IMG/VR virus record: IMGVR_UViG_3300033741_000039
Span: 1 to 53,629 of that record
Source: a virus
Taxonomy: Duplodnaviria > Caudoviricetes
Strand: one strand, 5' to 3'
Length of the DNA stretch: 53,629 nucleotides
In this document: piece by piece, positions 45,536 through 53,629 of the stretch
Layout: each line of letters begins with the position of its first letter
Numbering within the stretch: position 1 is the first letter of the stretch
Notes under the pieces: model-generated
What the model saw: only the letters and a program-made list of their open reading frames with translations
Database searches by the model: none
Told to the model about the DNA's origin: nothing
Translations under genes and position numbers: made by a program

Positions 45536-46219
45536 ATGACAATCGCGATGCAGACAATCAGCGGCATCCTGACTGATGCGGGCGGCAATCCACTGACGGG
45601 GGGTTTCGTTAGGTTCCTGCTTAGTCGCTACGATGTGGACACCGGGGGCACTGTCACGTCGCTGCCCATTATCGACGCCCCTATCCAGCCCGATGGCTCC
45701 ATTGCCACTGCGCTCTGGGCCAACAAAGCAGGCACTGGCGGCACCCACTATCGAGTGGTCATTGCAGACGACAGCATGCAGCACGTCGAGTCTCTGGCCA
45801 ATATCGAAGTGGGGCTGAACGGCCCCTACAATCTGGGTGTCCTGCTAGCCGAGGGCAACCCGGTGGTGCCCTCGAACCAGGCACCCACCCTGACAACTGC
45901 GCCGACCATAACTCCGCTCGCTGGACAAGTCGGAACCGAGTTTGTTATCGGCTTTGGTGTGTATGGTGGAACACCCCAACCTACCATCATCGGCACTCTT
46001 ACCCAGAACGGGGTAGACGTGACCGCTCAGATGCTAGGTGACCGCTTCACCAGCACGGCGGTGGGACCGCTGGTCTGGTCAGTGGTGGCATCCAATGGGG
46101 TGTCCCCAAGCCTGTCGACCTCCGCCTCCGCCACTATCAACCCTGTTGTGGCTGCTGGACAGGATATCTACGTTGGTACTGAGCAACTTTTCGCGGGCGC
46201 TGACCCGGTCACCACATAA
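45536..46219 (+). CDS. Putative virion/tail protein (Ig-like, beta-rich)
   Basis: ISGIL.D..G.P N-terminus; Thr/Pro-rich beta domain. Confidence 0.65.
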   Translation: MTIAMQTISGILTDAGGNPLTGGFVRFLLSRYDVDTGGTVTSLPIIDAPIQPDGSIATALWANKAGTGGTHYRVVIADDSMQHVESLANIEVGLNGPYNLGVLLAEGNPVVPSNQAPTLTTAPTITPLAGQVGTEFVIGFGVYGGTPQPTIIGTLTQNGVDVTAQMLGDRFTSTAVGPLVWSVVASNGVSPSLSTSASATINPVVAAGQDIYVGTEQLFAGADPVTT

Positions 46220-46231
46220 AAGGAATTCACT

Positions 46232-47065
46232 ATGTCCGTTCAACTTGACGCCCTCGGCGCACTTATTCTCGCCACTCTCGACGCGGAGCCAGAGACGAAT
46301 ATCCTGACCGATGCGGAGCTGGTAAAGCTGTCCAACATCCAAGACGAGGCCACCAAGAACCTCGGCGCACTGGCCGACCAGGACGATGTCACCGAGGCCC
46401 AGATCAGTGACCTGAAGGCATACCTTCAGGACCTCACCGGCGAATCCATTAACAGCCTTCTGGATGTTGACCTGTCCGCGCTGGCAGATGGTCACGGGAT
46501 TTACTGGGACGTCGCTTCGGGGTCGTTTAAGAACGCTGCGCCCTCTGGTGGAGGTGGTGGCATAACTTGGGGCACTCCCATCGACGCGGACGTCACGGTG
46601 GACGTGGATGACACTCGGACCATCGGTACTCTGATAGCAGCCATCGCGAACATCTTCGTCAAGAAGTTCAACGTGAATGGTGTCGAGATCAACAACGCGG
46701 CGGAGCTGAAAGAGTTCATCGGTATTGCGGCCTCGGACGAGACAACCGACCTGACCGTGGGCGCGGCTAAGGTGACCATGCGCATGCCCTACGCCTTCAA
46801 CCTGTCCTCGGTGAAGGCTAACGTGACCACGGCGGCCACCGGAGCCAAGCTGACCATTGACGTTAAGAAGAACGGGGTGTCTATTTTCAGCACCCTGCTC
46901 ACTCTTGACGACGGGTCTAAGACCTCTGTCGGCGCTAGCGTCGCGGCGGTCCTCTCCACAACCACCTTCGCGGCGGACGACGAAGTGACCGTCGGTATTA
47001 CGCAGGTTGGCTCGACCGTTGCTGGTACGGGCCTGAAGGTCGTCTTGGTGGGGATTCAGGCATGA
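46232..47065 (+). CDS. Putative virion/tail appendage protein
   Basis: AAGGA RBS; poly-Gly linker; beta-rich C-terminus RMPY..TIDV.KNG.SIFST. Confidence 0.7.
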   Translation: MSVQLDALGALILATLDAEPETNILTDAELVKLSNIQDEATKNLGALADQDDVTEAQISDLKAYLQDLTGESINSLLDVDLSALADGHGIYWDVASGSFKNAAPSGGGGGITWGTPIDADVTVDVDDTRTIGTLIAAIANIFVKKFNVNGVEINNAAELKEFIGIAASDETTDLTVGAAKVTMRMPYAFNLSSVKANVTTAATGAKLTIDVKKNGVSIFSTLLTLDDGSKTSVGASVAAVLSTTTFAADDEVTVGITQVGSTVAGTGLKVVLVGIQA

Positions 47066-47790
47066 GTAATTTCCTCTCTCCGTACCGTTACGCAGGTGGA
47101 GGTGGTGGCCCACCCCCCGCTGGTGGTCCCACCTTCGTCAGTGGTGCCACGGTCATGGCCCCGAACTCTGGTGGCTCCGACGCACTGACTATTCCTTTCA
47201 CCTTCTCGACCATTGGGAACGTCTTGGTAGTGATACCTCTCTGGGCCAGTAACCTGACGGCGCGAGATACGTCTATGACTACTGGCGGAGCCAACATTCC
47301 AACCTTCAATGGAACGACCATGGCGGTTGGAACGCTGTCTAACAGCTCCCGCAGCCACGCGGGCATATACACCATCGCGCCCGCTGCCGCTGGCACACAG
47401 GATGTTATCGTGGCCCCGGCAAGCGGTTGGCGCTCTGGTGCCTGTCGTGTAGAGGAATGGACTGGGGTAGACATTACGACCCCGCTCAATATCGCGCAGT
47501 CCCATTCCATATCCTTCAGCGGCGACACATTCGACATGGACGCAGTAACCACCGACGTCGGGGGTGTCTTGATAGGGGGTGCCAACTTCGGCGCACTTAC
47601 TCCGGTGCCCGCCCTTACAGTCGGCTCGCTGCGCTCGGGCGGTGAGAGCGGTGGCGACGGTACCAAAGACTTCTACGCCTTGTGGTCATACGCCCCTATT
47701 CCAACAGCGGGTGTTACCCAGCACCTAACTCACACGCAGACGGGGCAGACGCGCACCGTTGGCATCATTGCGGAGCTTAACCCAGCATGA
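47062..47790 (+). CDS. Putative virion/tail protein
   Basis: ATGA coupling; Gly/Thr-rich. Confidence 0.65.
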   Translation: MSNFLSPYRYAGGGGGPPPAGGPTFVSGATVMAPNSGGSDALTIPFTFSTIGNVLVVIPLWASNLTARDTSMTTGGANIPTFNGTTMAVGTLSNSSRSHAGIYTIAPAAAGTQDVIVAPASGWRSGACRVEEWTGVDITTPLNIAQSHSISFSGDTFDMDAVTTDVGGVLIGGANFGALTPVPALTVGSLRSGGESGGDGTKDFYALWSYAPIPTAGVTQHLTHTQTGQTRTVGIIAELNPA

Positions 47791-49457
47791 CACTCCTGAC
47801 CCACGGTTCGACAGTTTTCAACATCACACAGAGCGGTGTGGCTACGGGCAACTTTAAGGACGGTCCGGCGTGGATGCGTATTGACAGTGGCACTGTAACC
47901 CTGACGTCGATGACGCCAGCGGCATCAGTCAGCGAAGGGTACGCCATCCACGGGGCCATGCTTAACCCCATCCTCTTCGGCCCGTCCAGCCAGCAAGGTT
48001 TCGACGAGCAGATGGCCAGTCAGAACGGCGGCACACAGGGGGCCATGGATGCCAAGTATGGGGCCGGGGTAAATGCTGCGCTGTCCCTGCCCCTGACCCT
48101 CAAAGCTGGTGATGTACTTCTCAAGGCGATCTCCCGCGACTTTGGCGGGGCGTCGCAGCTGAGTAAGGACGAGTCCCGCAACGGCTTGTTCAACCAGATG
48201 AACGCGCTGTACATTATCGACTGGACACCCGGTGCAGAGGAGATAGCACCCAACGCCTCAGGCCACTCCGGTCGCACCTTGCAGCGGGTGCAGTGGTCGG
48301 ACACACTTGACAATATCGTGGCTAGCCTGCCTCGCCGCAGCCTCTCGGGTATCCCCAGCCATGACCCCGCCACCCTCATCGCTTGGCTGAACTACTTCGA
48401 CCCTGGATACGGCATCAGCAATGGTGCCACCACCGGCAAGGGCACAGGCTACCAGTGTCTCATGGTCAACAACAGCGACGTGACCAAGGCCAGCAACTAT
48501 GGGCGGTACAAGGCATCCATGTACCATAGCGCAATGTGGCACCTTATTGGCGACCGGGCGACCGACGCGCAGAAGAAGACCCTGCTCATCCGGATGTCCT
48601 CACAGGGTGTGCAGAGCACCTTCCCGTACATGTTTGGGCAGGTGGCCTTCGGTGGTAACGGGGCACACCACCAGTTCCACCAGTGTGTCGGCCTGCTGGC
48701 CATGAGGTACCTGACCGGGCATGGGCTTGCGCCTTCCCTGTTTAAGCTGTACGCGCAGGGCAACATGTTCGCCCAAATCTTTGAGTTCGACGCGAGCTAC
48801 ATTGCGAACAACCTGATCTTTCACACGGACAGCTCAAAGCCTGAGACATACCACGAACACACGGTGGCCTCCGTGACAGGGGTGCAGTTCACCACCGACA
48901 GCCCACGCGGGTCGTTCCAAGTGGGAGGGTCGCGTCTGGTGCGTAAGAGTGACGGGGCGTCCTCGGCTATCATTAGCCAGGGCAATAACAAGGCCTCCAT
49001 GACCCTCAGTGCCGTACTCTCCCCGCCACTCGCTATTGGCGACACGGTGAACTTCCAGCGTGACCCTGCCCCGGTGCCGGGAGATGTAGACTGGGATATA
49101 CGTAGCCAGCAACGGGTCTCGCAGTTCGACCAGTACAACCCGTCGAAGAATGCCAGCTACCGCAGCCTGCAGGAGGCGACCGGGGTGGCGGTATGCGTCG
49201 ACCTTGGCGCATGGGACAGTCAGCTCGACTACGCGAGTACCTACGTGGCGCAGTCTTTCGAGACTGCCCACCCAACGTCAACTAACGACTGGCCTACCCA
49301 TGTCTACGACCTCAACGGGGTAGCCATGAACGAGCAGATGTGGAAGACCCTCTGGCCGCAGATACAGGGCGGCTCGCCAGTCACCACGCCTAAGACGATG
49401 TTTCATATTGGAGGTAGGGCGGTCCTGCTGGGGAGTGCCGTAGCGATAAGAAACTAG
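47787..49457 (+). CDS. Hypothetical 556-aa protein (possible receptor-binding/carbohydrate-active)
   Basis: Long coupled ORF at the end of the tail module. Confidence 0.65.
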   Translation: MTLLTHGSTVFNITQSGVATGNFKDGPAWMRIDSGTVTLTSMTPAASVSEGYAIHGAMLNPILFGPSSQQGFDEQMASQNGGTQGAMDAKYGAGVNAALSLPLTLKAGDVLLKAISRDFGGASQLSKDESRNGLFNQMNALYIIDWTPGAEEIAPNASGHSGRTLQRVQWSDTLDNIVASLPRRSLSGIPSHDPATLIAWLNYFDPGYGISNGATTGKGTGYQCLMVNNSDVTKASNYGRYKASMYHSAMWHLIGDRATDAQKKTLLIRMSSQGVQSTFPYMFGQVAFGGNGAHHQFHQCVGLLAMRYLTGHGLAPSLFKLYAQGNMFAQIFEFDASYIANNLIFHTDSSKPETYHEHTVASVTGVQFTTDSPRGSFQVGGSRLVRKSDGASSAIISQGNNKASMTLSAVLSPPLAIGDTVNFQRDPAPVPGDVDWDIRSQQRVSQFDQYNPSKNASYRSLQEATGVAVCVDLGAWDSQLDYASTYVAQSFETAHPTSTNDWPTHVYDLNGVAMNEQMWKTLWPQIQGGSPVTTPKTMFHIGGRAVLLGSAVAIRN

Positions 49458-49487
49458 CCTGCGAGTTGAATTAAGGAAGGAGTTGCG

Positions 49488-50069
49488 ATGCCTGAGGAGA
49501 AGAGAGAGCCGAAGTTCACCAAGGCTTGGATGTGGGACGAGGCGGCAAAAGTGATCTTCAGATACAGTACTCTGGGGCTGGCAGGCCTGTTCCTCCTGAT
49601 GATAGCTCCGTTCGGAGACCAGATCAGGGCTGTCTGGCACTCTCCTCAGGCCCTCGCAGCCCTGTCGGTCGACGTGAAGGAGCTGACTCAGGAGGTACGG
49701 CGGGCGAACGGGGAGGATAAGGTTATCCGTCAGCCTCCTGGCCTCAGCTACGTCAAGGAACCAGTGAAGGTAGGTGAGGACGTGACCATGGTGCTGGTCA
49801 TCGCTCGGACCTCCCTTGGTGAGGGGTGCAGGTTTGTTGGGGGTCAGTCGCTGTTCAGTGATGCACGGAACATCCCCTTCCCTGGATCGGAGGTATCTGT
49901 ACAGAGGCAGGTGGGCAACTCAGACGCCCGCCTGTACATCTCCATCACACCTCCAGAGGAGCTGCTGATAGGCCGCGTTGAGATGTGGCTGATCCTTGAG
50001 TACCAGTGCAACGGAGGCACCCACTTCGAGCCGACCTACACTGTGACCTACGAGCTAAAACCAAACTAG
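49488..50069 (+). CDS. Single-TM membrane protein upstream of the endolysin
   Basis: AAGGAG RBS; TM YSTLGLAGLFLLMIAPF. Confidence 0.7.
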   Translation: MPEEKREPKFTKAWMWDEAAKVIFRYSTLGLAGLFLLMIAPFGDQIRAVWHSPQALAALSVDVKELTQEVRRANGEDKVIRQPPGLSYVKEPVKVGEDVTMVLVIARTSLGEGCRFVGGQSLFSDARNIPFPGSEVSVQRQVGNSDARLYISITPPEELLIGRVEMWLILEYQCNGGTHFEPTYTVTYELKPN

Positions 50070-50085
50070 ATGAGAGGATGAACCG

Positions 50086-50790
50086 ATGGAGACATCAGAC
50101 AGAGGCGTGCTGGAGATCATGGAGATGGAGGGTGTGGTGCCCACCGTCTACTACGACAGCACCGGCCTTGAGACTTACGGCGTTGGGCATACCGCAGGCG
50201 CAGGATCACCCAACCCTGCCAACATGTCGAAGGCTTGGCCCACCGACGTTAATGCGGCGATCAAGCTGGCCATGGCGCAGTTCCGGCGAGACCTCAAGAT
50301 TTACGAGGCGCGGGTGAACCGCCACGTCAAGATGCCCATCGCGCAGCACAAGTACGATGCCCTCATCGGCTTCGACTTCAACACTGGCGGCGTCTACTAC
50401 CGCACCAAGAGTGGTAAGATGGCGAATGCCAAGCTGGTCACTGCCATCAACCGGGGTGACCCCAACGCCTCGGACCACTTCTTCGGGTGGGTCAAGCCAC
50501 CGGAGCTGCGCAAGCGCCGCACCATGGAGAAGCACCTCTTCGACACTGGCGACTACGACGCCAACGGCGACCAGATACCAGTGTGGAGGACCGACGGGCG
50601 GGGCAAGCTGATAGGACGTTACTCAGTTCTGGACGGGCAGACCGCCCTCGCCATGCTCGGGCGCACAATGCCCGCGCGCCCGAGCACACCCGCCCCGACC
50701 GCGCCCGGATCAGCAACCCGGACGTCGGTCATCGCCGCAGCGTTCACCGCACTTGGTGCGCTCGCTGCATACCTACTGGACCTGTTCTGA
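50086..50790 (+). CDS. Endolysin, T4-lysozyme-like (GH24) with C-terminal hydrophobic tail
   Basis: E-x8-D-x5-T triad (EGVVPTVYYDSTGLETYGVGHT), YDALIGFDFNTG, RR..E..LF. Confidence 0.85.
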   Translation: METSDRGVLEIMEMEGVVPTVYYDSTGLETYGVGHTAGAGSPNPANMSKAWPTDVNAAIKLAMAQFRRDLKIYEARVNRHVKMPIAQHKYDALIGFDFNTGGVYYRTKSGKMANAKLVTAINRGDPNASDHFFGWVKPPELRKRRTMEKHLFDTGDYDANGDQIPVWRTDGRGKLIGRYSVLDGQTALAMLGRTMPARPSTPAPTAPGSATRTSVIAAAFTALGALAAYLLDLF

Positions 50791-50802
50791 GAGGAGAGAC
50801 CA

Positions 50803-51027
50803 ATGCTGAAGGACCAACCAACCGACCGCACCAACCGCAAGGTAAAGTATGCCAGCTGGACAGCCGCGTGGGTTGCCCCGCTCGCCACAGTTCTGGGTGG
50901 AGTCACGGCGGAGTTCCTGCCCGGTGACCTGTCCAGGTTCGAGCTAGAGTTTGCTCTGCTCATGACCTTTGCCATCACAGGCATCGGCACGTGGGTGGTC
51001 GGGTACAGAACGCGAGAGCGCGCATGA
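50803..51027 (+). CDS. Holin candidate
   Basis: 74 aa with two hydrophobic helices; follows the endolysin. Confidence 0.65.
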   Translation: MLKDQPTDRTNRKVKYASWTAAWVAPLATVLGGVTAEFLPGDLSRFELEFALLMTFAITGIGTWVVGYRTRERA

Positions 51028-51272
51028 TGTGGCTCATCGCGACTAAGGCGGGGCGCACCCTCATCATCGTCGCCTTGGCGCTGGCGATGTTTGGAGGGTG
51101 GACGCTCTGGCAACGTAACGACGCGGCCACCGATGCCGTGTCAGAGATCGTGGAGATCAACAATGACCTATCGAACAAAGCTATCACTGCCCGCGATGCT
51201 CGTCGTCTCTGCGTTGGTGCTGGGGGCGTGTGGGACTTTGCCGCTGGCCGATGCACCGAAGACAGTGAGTGA
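51024..51272 (+). CDS. i-spanin (Rz-like) candidate
   Basis: N-terminal TM, helical region, C-terminal Cys pair. Confidence 0.6.
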   Translation: MMWLIATKAGRTLIIVALALAMFGGWTLWQRNDAATDAVSEIVEINNDLSNKAITARDARRLCVGAGGVWDFAAGRCTEDSE

Positions 51273-51432
51273 CATAGTCGGCCCCGATCTACCTACGGCG
51301 CAGGGGCTGACCGTCACGGACCAGGACCGGATCGACAGCGCCATGGCTGGGCTGTGCGCCACCAGGACCTACGACGCCAAGGTCTGCGCTGCGCATGGCC
51401 GGGCCAGCGCAGCTCGACGGGCAGCGTCGTGA
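51163..51432 (+). CDS. o-spanin (Rz1-like) lipoprotein candidate
   Basis: Lipobox LVLGAC; overlaps the i-spanin gene in another frame; GGAG RBS. Confidence 0.62.
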   Translation: MTYRTKLSLPAMLVVSALVLGACGTLPLADAPKTVSDIVGPDLPTAQGLTVTDQDRIDSAMAGLCATRTYDAKVCAAHGRASAARRAAS

Positions 51433-51686
51433 TCTGGTTCCTGGTCGGCTTCGCCTGCGCGTGGATCATCCAGGCGTACAGGCTGCACAGGCTTGAGGAG
51501 ATGCGCCACCACCAGATCGTTGGTATCTACGAGGGCTACGGCGCACCCGACGCGGCAGGTCGGGTGGGCTGGTATCGGGACAACTCTGGTGGGAGTCCCT
51601 TCACAGACCCAGACAGCAAGTGGGGTGAGGCGGGGCAGTCCACCACAATAGAGACAACCTACAACCAAGAAATGGAGAGACCATGA
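51429..51686 (+). CDS. Small membrane-anchored hypothetical protein
   Basis: GTGA overlap; hydrophobic N-terminus. Confidence 0.5.
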   Translation: MIWFLVGFACAWIIQAYRLHRLEEMRHHQIVGIYEGYGAPDAAGRVGWYRDNSGGSPFTDPDSKWGEAGQSTTIETTYNQEMERP

Positions 51687-52996
51687 GCAACTTTGTATTC
51701 AAGCACGCCAACGGAGCCAAGATCAAGGACGGGGACGACATCATCAGGATCACGACCCTTGCCGACGGTTCACAGAGGGTCGAGGTCTATGTCGAGACAT
51801 CGGGCAAGTACTCCGAGATCACCGCGCATCTTGTTGAGCCTGCGCCCGAGCCGGACCCCGAGCCTGCGCCCGAGCCGGACCCCGAGCCTGCGCCCGAGCC
51901 GGACCCCGAGCCTGCGCCCGAGCCTGCGCCGGACCCCGAGCCTGCGCCCGAGCCTGCGCCGGACCCCGAGCCTGCGCCCGAGCCTACCCCGACGCCAACT
52001 CCCGGCCCTGCTGCGGACGTCAACGGACCTGCGGAGCTGGCTGCGGCACTGGCATCCGGCGCAGGAGTGTTCACGCTGGCGGGTGGCAACTATGGCAGCA
52101 TGCCCAACCTGCCAGACGGGACGACGCTGCGCGCGGCTGACCCGGCGAACAGACCAACCTTCTCGGCCAGTTCGATCAACGGACGGGACGGTCTCACACT
52201 GGACGGACTGCACCTCAAGCACGTCTATGCCACTGGGGATGGCGACGGCAAGAACATCCTCTACCTTCCCAACATCACGAACTTCGTCATGAGGAACTGC
52301 GTGATCGAGGGAGACCGCAATCCTAATGGTTCCTGCATTGGTCGCGGCGTTCAGGTAGCCGGGGGCAACAACATCCTCCTCGAGAACAACACGATCCACA
52401 CCATCTGGAAGGCCATCGGCATCACTGCGGATAACGTGGTGCTGCGCGGCAACGAGATACACACGTTCCGCAGCGACGGCATCAACACCGGCACGACCAC
52501 CAACGTTGTGATGGAGGGCAATTATCTGCACGATGCCGATACGGTGGAGTTTGCAGGCGATCACCGCGACAGCATCCAGTTGATGGGAACGGCAGACGGA
52601 ATGGTCCTGCGCGATAACCTCATCGACATTGGGGATGGCCTCTACTCGCAGTCGATCTGGTCGGATGCCAAGAACTTCATGGACAACGTGACCGTGGCCG
52701 GGAACGTCATCATCAACTCGCACACCAACGGCATTGCGCTACACAATGTCGGCAAGATCGACGTGACGGGTAACGTGATGGTCTGGCTACCGCGCAGCGA
52801 TGCAGCTAACCAAGGCATCCAGACGCCCAAGGTCAACATCAGCTCCGGCTTCGCCACGATCAGAGGCAACACGGTGCCGGGCATCACCAGCCCAAAGGGG
52901 CAGGACGGGCAGAACACAATCCAGAACGGAGACCCTGATGCCACGCGGGCTGCGGCTCGCGCAGACCCCCGCTGGTCACACTTCTTCGGAAGCTAG
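51683..52996 (+). CDS. Right-handed beta-helix (pectate-lyase-like) protein with Pro/Glu linker
   Basis: Repeating NN.I/GN.I beta-helix rungs; HRDSIQ; LAGGNYG cap. Confidence 0.8.
   Translation: MSNFVFKHANGAKIKDGDDIIRITTLADGSQRVEVYVETSGKYSEITAHLVEPAPEPDPEPAPEPDPEPAPEPDPEPAPEPAPDPEPAPEPAPDPEPAPEPTPTPTPGPAADVNGPAELAAALASGAGVFTLAGGNYGSMPNLPDGTTLRAADPANRPTFSASSINGRDGLTLDGLHLKHVYATGDGDGKNILYLPNITNFVMRNCVIEGDRNPNGSCIGRGVQVAGGNNILLENNTIHTIWKAIGITADNVVLRGNEIHTFRSDGINTGTTTNVVMEGNYLHDADTVEFAGDHRDSIQLMGTADGMVLRDNLIDIGDGLYSQSIWSDAKNFMDNVTVAGNVIINSHTNGIALHNVGKIDVTGNVMVWLPRSDAANQGIQTPKVNISSGFATIRGNTVPGITSPKGQDGQNTIQNGDPDATRAAARADPRWSHFFGS
51836..51985 (+). repeat. Coding tandem repeat (EPAPEPDP)n
   Basis: GAGCCTGCGCCCGAGCCGGACCCC 24-nt units with 30-nt variants. 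Confidence 0.9.
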
Positions 52997-53006
52997 TAGC
53001 AGTAGA

Positions 53007-53049
53007 CCCTGTGGCGGGTGCTCCATCAGCTGGAGAGGATGCCACAGGG
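53007..53049. terminator. Hairpin between the convergent late arm and helicase gene
   Basis: CCCTGTGGC...GCCACAGGG inverted repeat. Confidence 0.5.
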
Positions 53050-53090
53050 CGCTAGCGCCGTGCCGCGCTAGGGTAGGGTCCGCTAGGCCC

Positions 53091-53629
53091 CTACACGAGC
53101 CATGCACGCGGGTCCTCGCCCTGAATCGACGCAGCGACATTGATCTTCGCCCTCAGGGCGGCGATCAGCCTCTCGTCCACCGTCCCGATAGCTCGGAGGT
53201 CGGTGTAGGTGCACTTCTCTGTCTGACCACCCCTGTGCGGCCTGTCCTCCGACTGGACCCGGTGCTCGAGGTTGAAGCTGTTGGACATGTAGTAGGTGTA
53301 CGTCCCCTTGAGCCACGTGTTGCCGTAGCCACCGCTCTGCTGTGTGCTGACCATGAACCTGCAGCGGTCGCTGTTGATGAAGCGCCTCGCGTCGTCCTCA
53401 CGCGTGTTGGTGTTGCCACCATGGTACTCCGCAACCGACTCCTCTCCGTAGGCAGACCGCAGCGCCTCAACGGTAGCAGCAATCTCGTGCCTCCACCGGG
53501 ACCACACGATGGTCCCCCCGCTCACCCCCTCCAGGTCCTCCATCATAGCACTGACTCTGTTGCTCTTGATGCTGTGTACATCGCCATCCTCGTCGGCTAT
53601 GTGTCCACACACGATCTGCTGCAGGCGTT
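53091..53629 (-). CDS. SNF2/SF2 helicase, C-terminal part
   Basis: TIVWSRW, YHGG, SGGYGNT, QSEDRPHRGGQ (motif VI). Confidence 0.88.
   Translation of the reverse strand, partial: RLQQIVCGHIADEDGDVHSIKSNRVSAMMEDLEGVSGGTIVWSRWRHEIAATVEALRSAYGEESVAEYHGGNTNTREDDARRFINSDRCRFMVSTQQSGGYGNTWLKGTYTYYMSNSFNLEHRVQSEDRPHRGGQTEKCTYTDLRAIGTVDERLIAALRAKINVAASIQGEDPRAWLV
53502..53627. repeat. Terminal direct repeat, right copy
   Basis: Identical to 1-126. Confidence 0.95.

Noticed and set aside
51836-51985. Tandem repeat as a CRISPR array
   Set aside because: No unique spacers; the units are in-frame codons for a Pro/Glu linker
53502-53629. 126-bp terminal repeat as a biological direct terminal repeat
   Set aside because: It lies mid-gene within the helicase and its length is typical of an assembler k-mer overlap, so it more likely marks circular assembly; the last 2 nt mismatch
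1-53629. Integrase/lysogeny module, tRNA genes, 7-deazaguanine (Que/Dpd) or Z-base (PurZ) genes
   Set aside because: No matching motifs recognised in any ORF or intergenic region by eye

Overview
The window is an apparently complete, circularly permuted ~53.5 kb genome of a GC-rich, probably lytic siphovirus. Bases 1-126 recur at 53502-53627, and an SNF2-type helicase gene reads through that join. No integrase, repressor cassette, tRNA or CRISPR array was seen. An alphaproteobacterial host is plausible but is inference only. Layout: (i) a rightward early operon of small genes (1.7-6.1 kb); (ii) a leftward DNA-metabolism arm (6.2-26.4 kb) with PolA, AEP primase, UvrD helicase, SSB-like protein, nucleases and a DNA base-modification cluster; (iii) a rightward late arm (27-53 kb) with a NusG-like factor, terminases, portal, head, tail, lysis genes and a beta-helix protein. 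Main findings: (1) a thymidine-hypermodification operon combining a dUMP hydroxymethylase-like enzyme, a TAGT/JGT-type glycosyltransferase and a UDP-glucuronate decarboxylase (UDP-xylose synthase)-like enzyme, which predicts a pentosylated (xylosyl) hydroxymethyluracil, a base-J analogue; (2) two pseudoknotted type II hammerhead ribozymes with a variant core (CUGAUGU), each directly upstream of a gene carrying the same uncharacterised ~50-aa domain, which occurs three times in the genome; (3) a portal protein fused to an Acb1-like 2H phosphodiesterase; (4) two related AT-rich iteron regions in inverted orientation roughly half a genome apart. All family calls come from motif recognition by eye; no database search or folding program was run.
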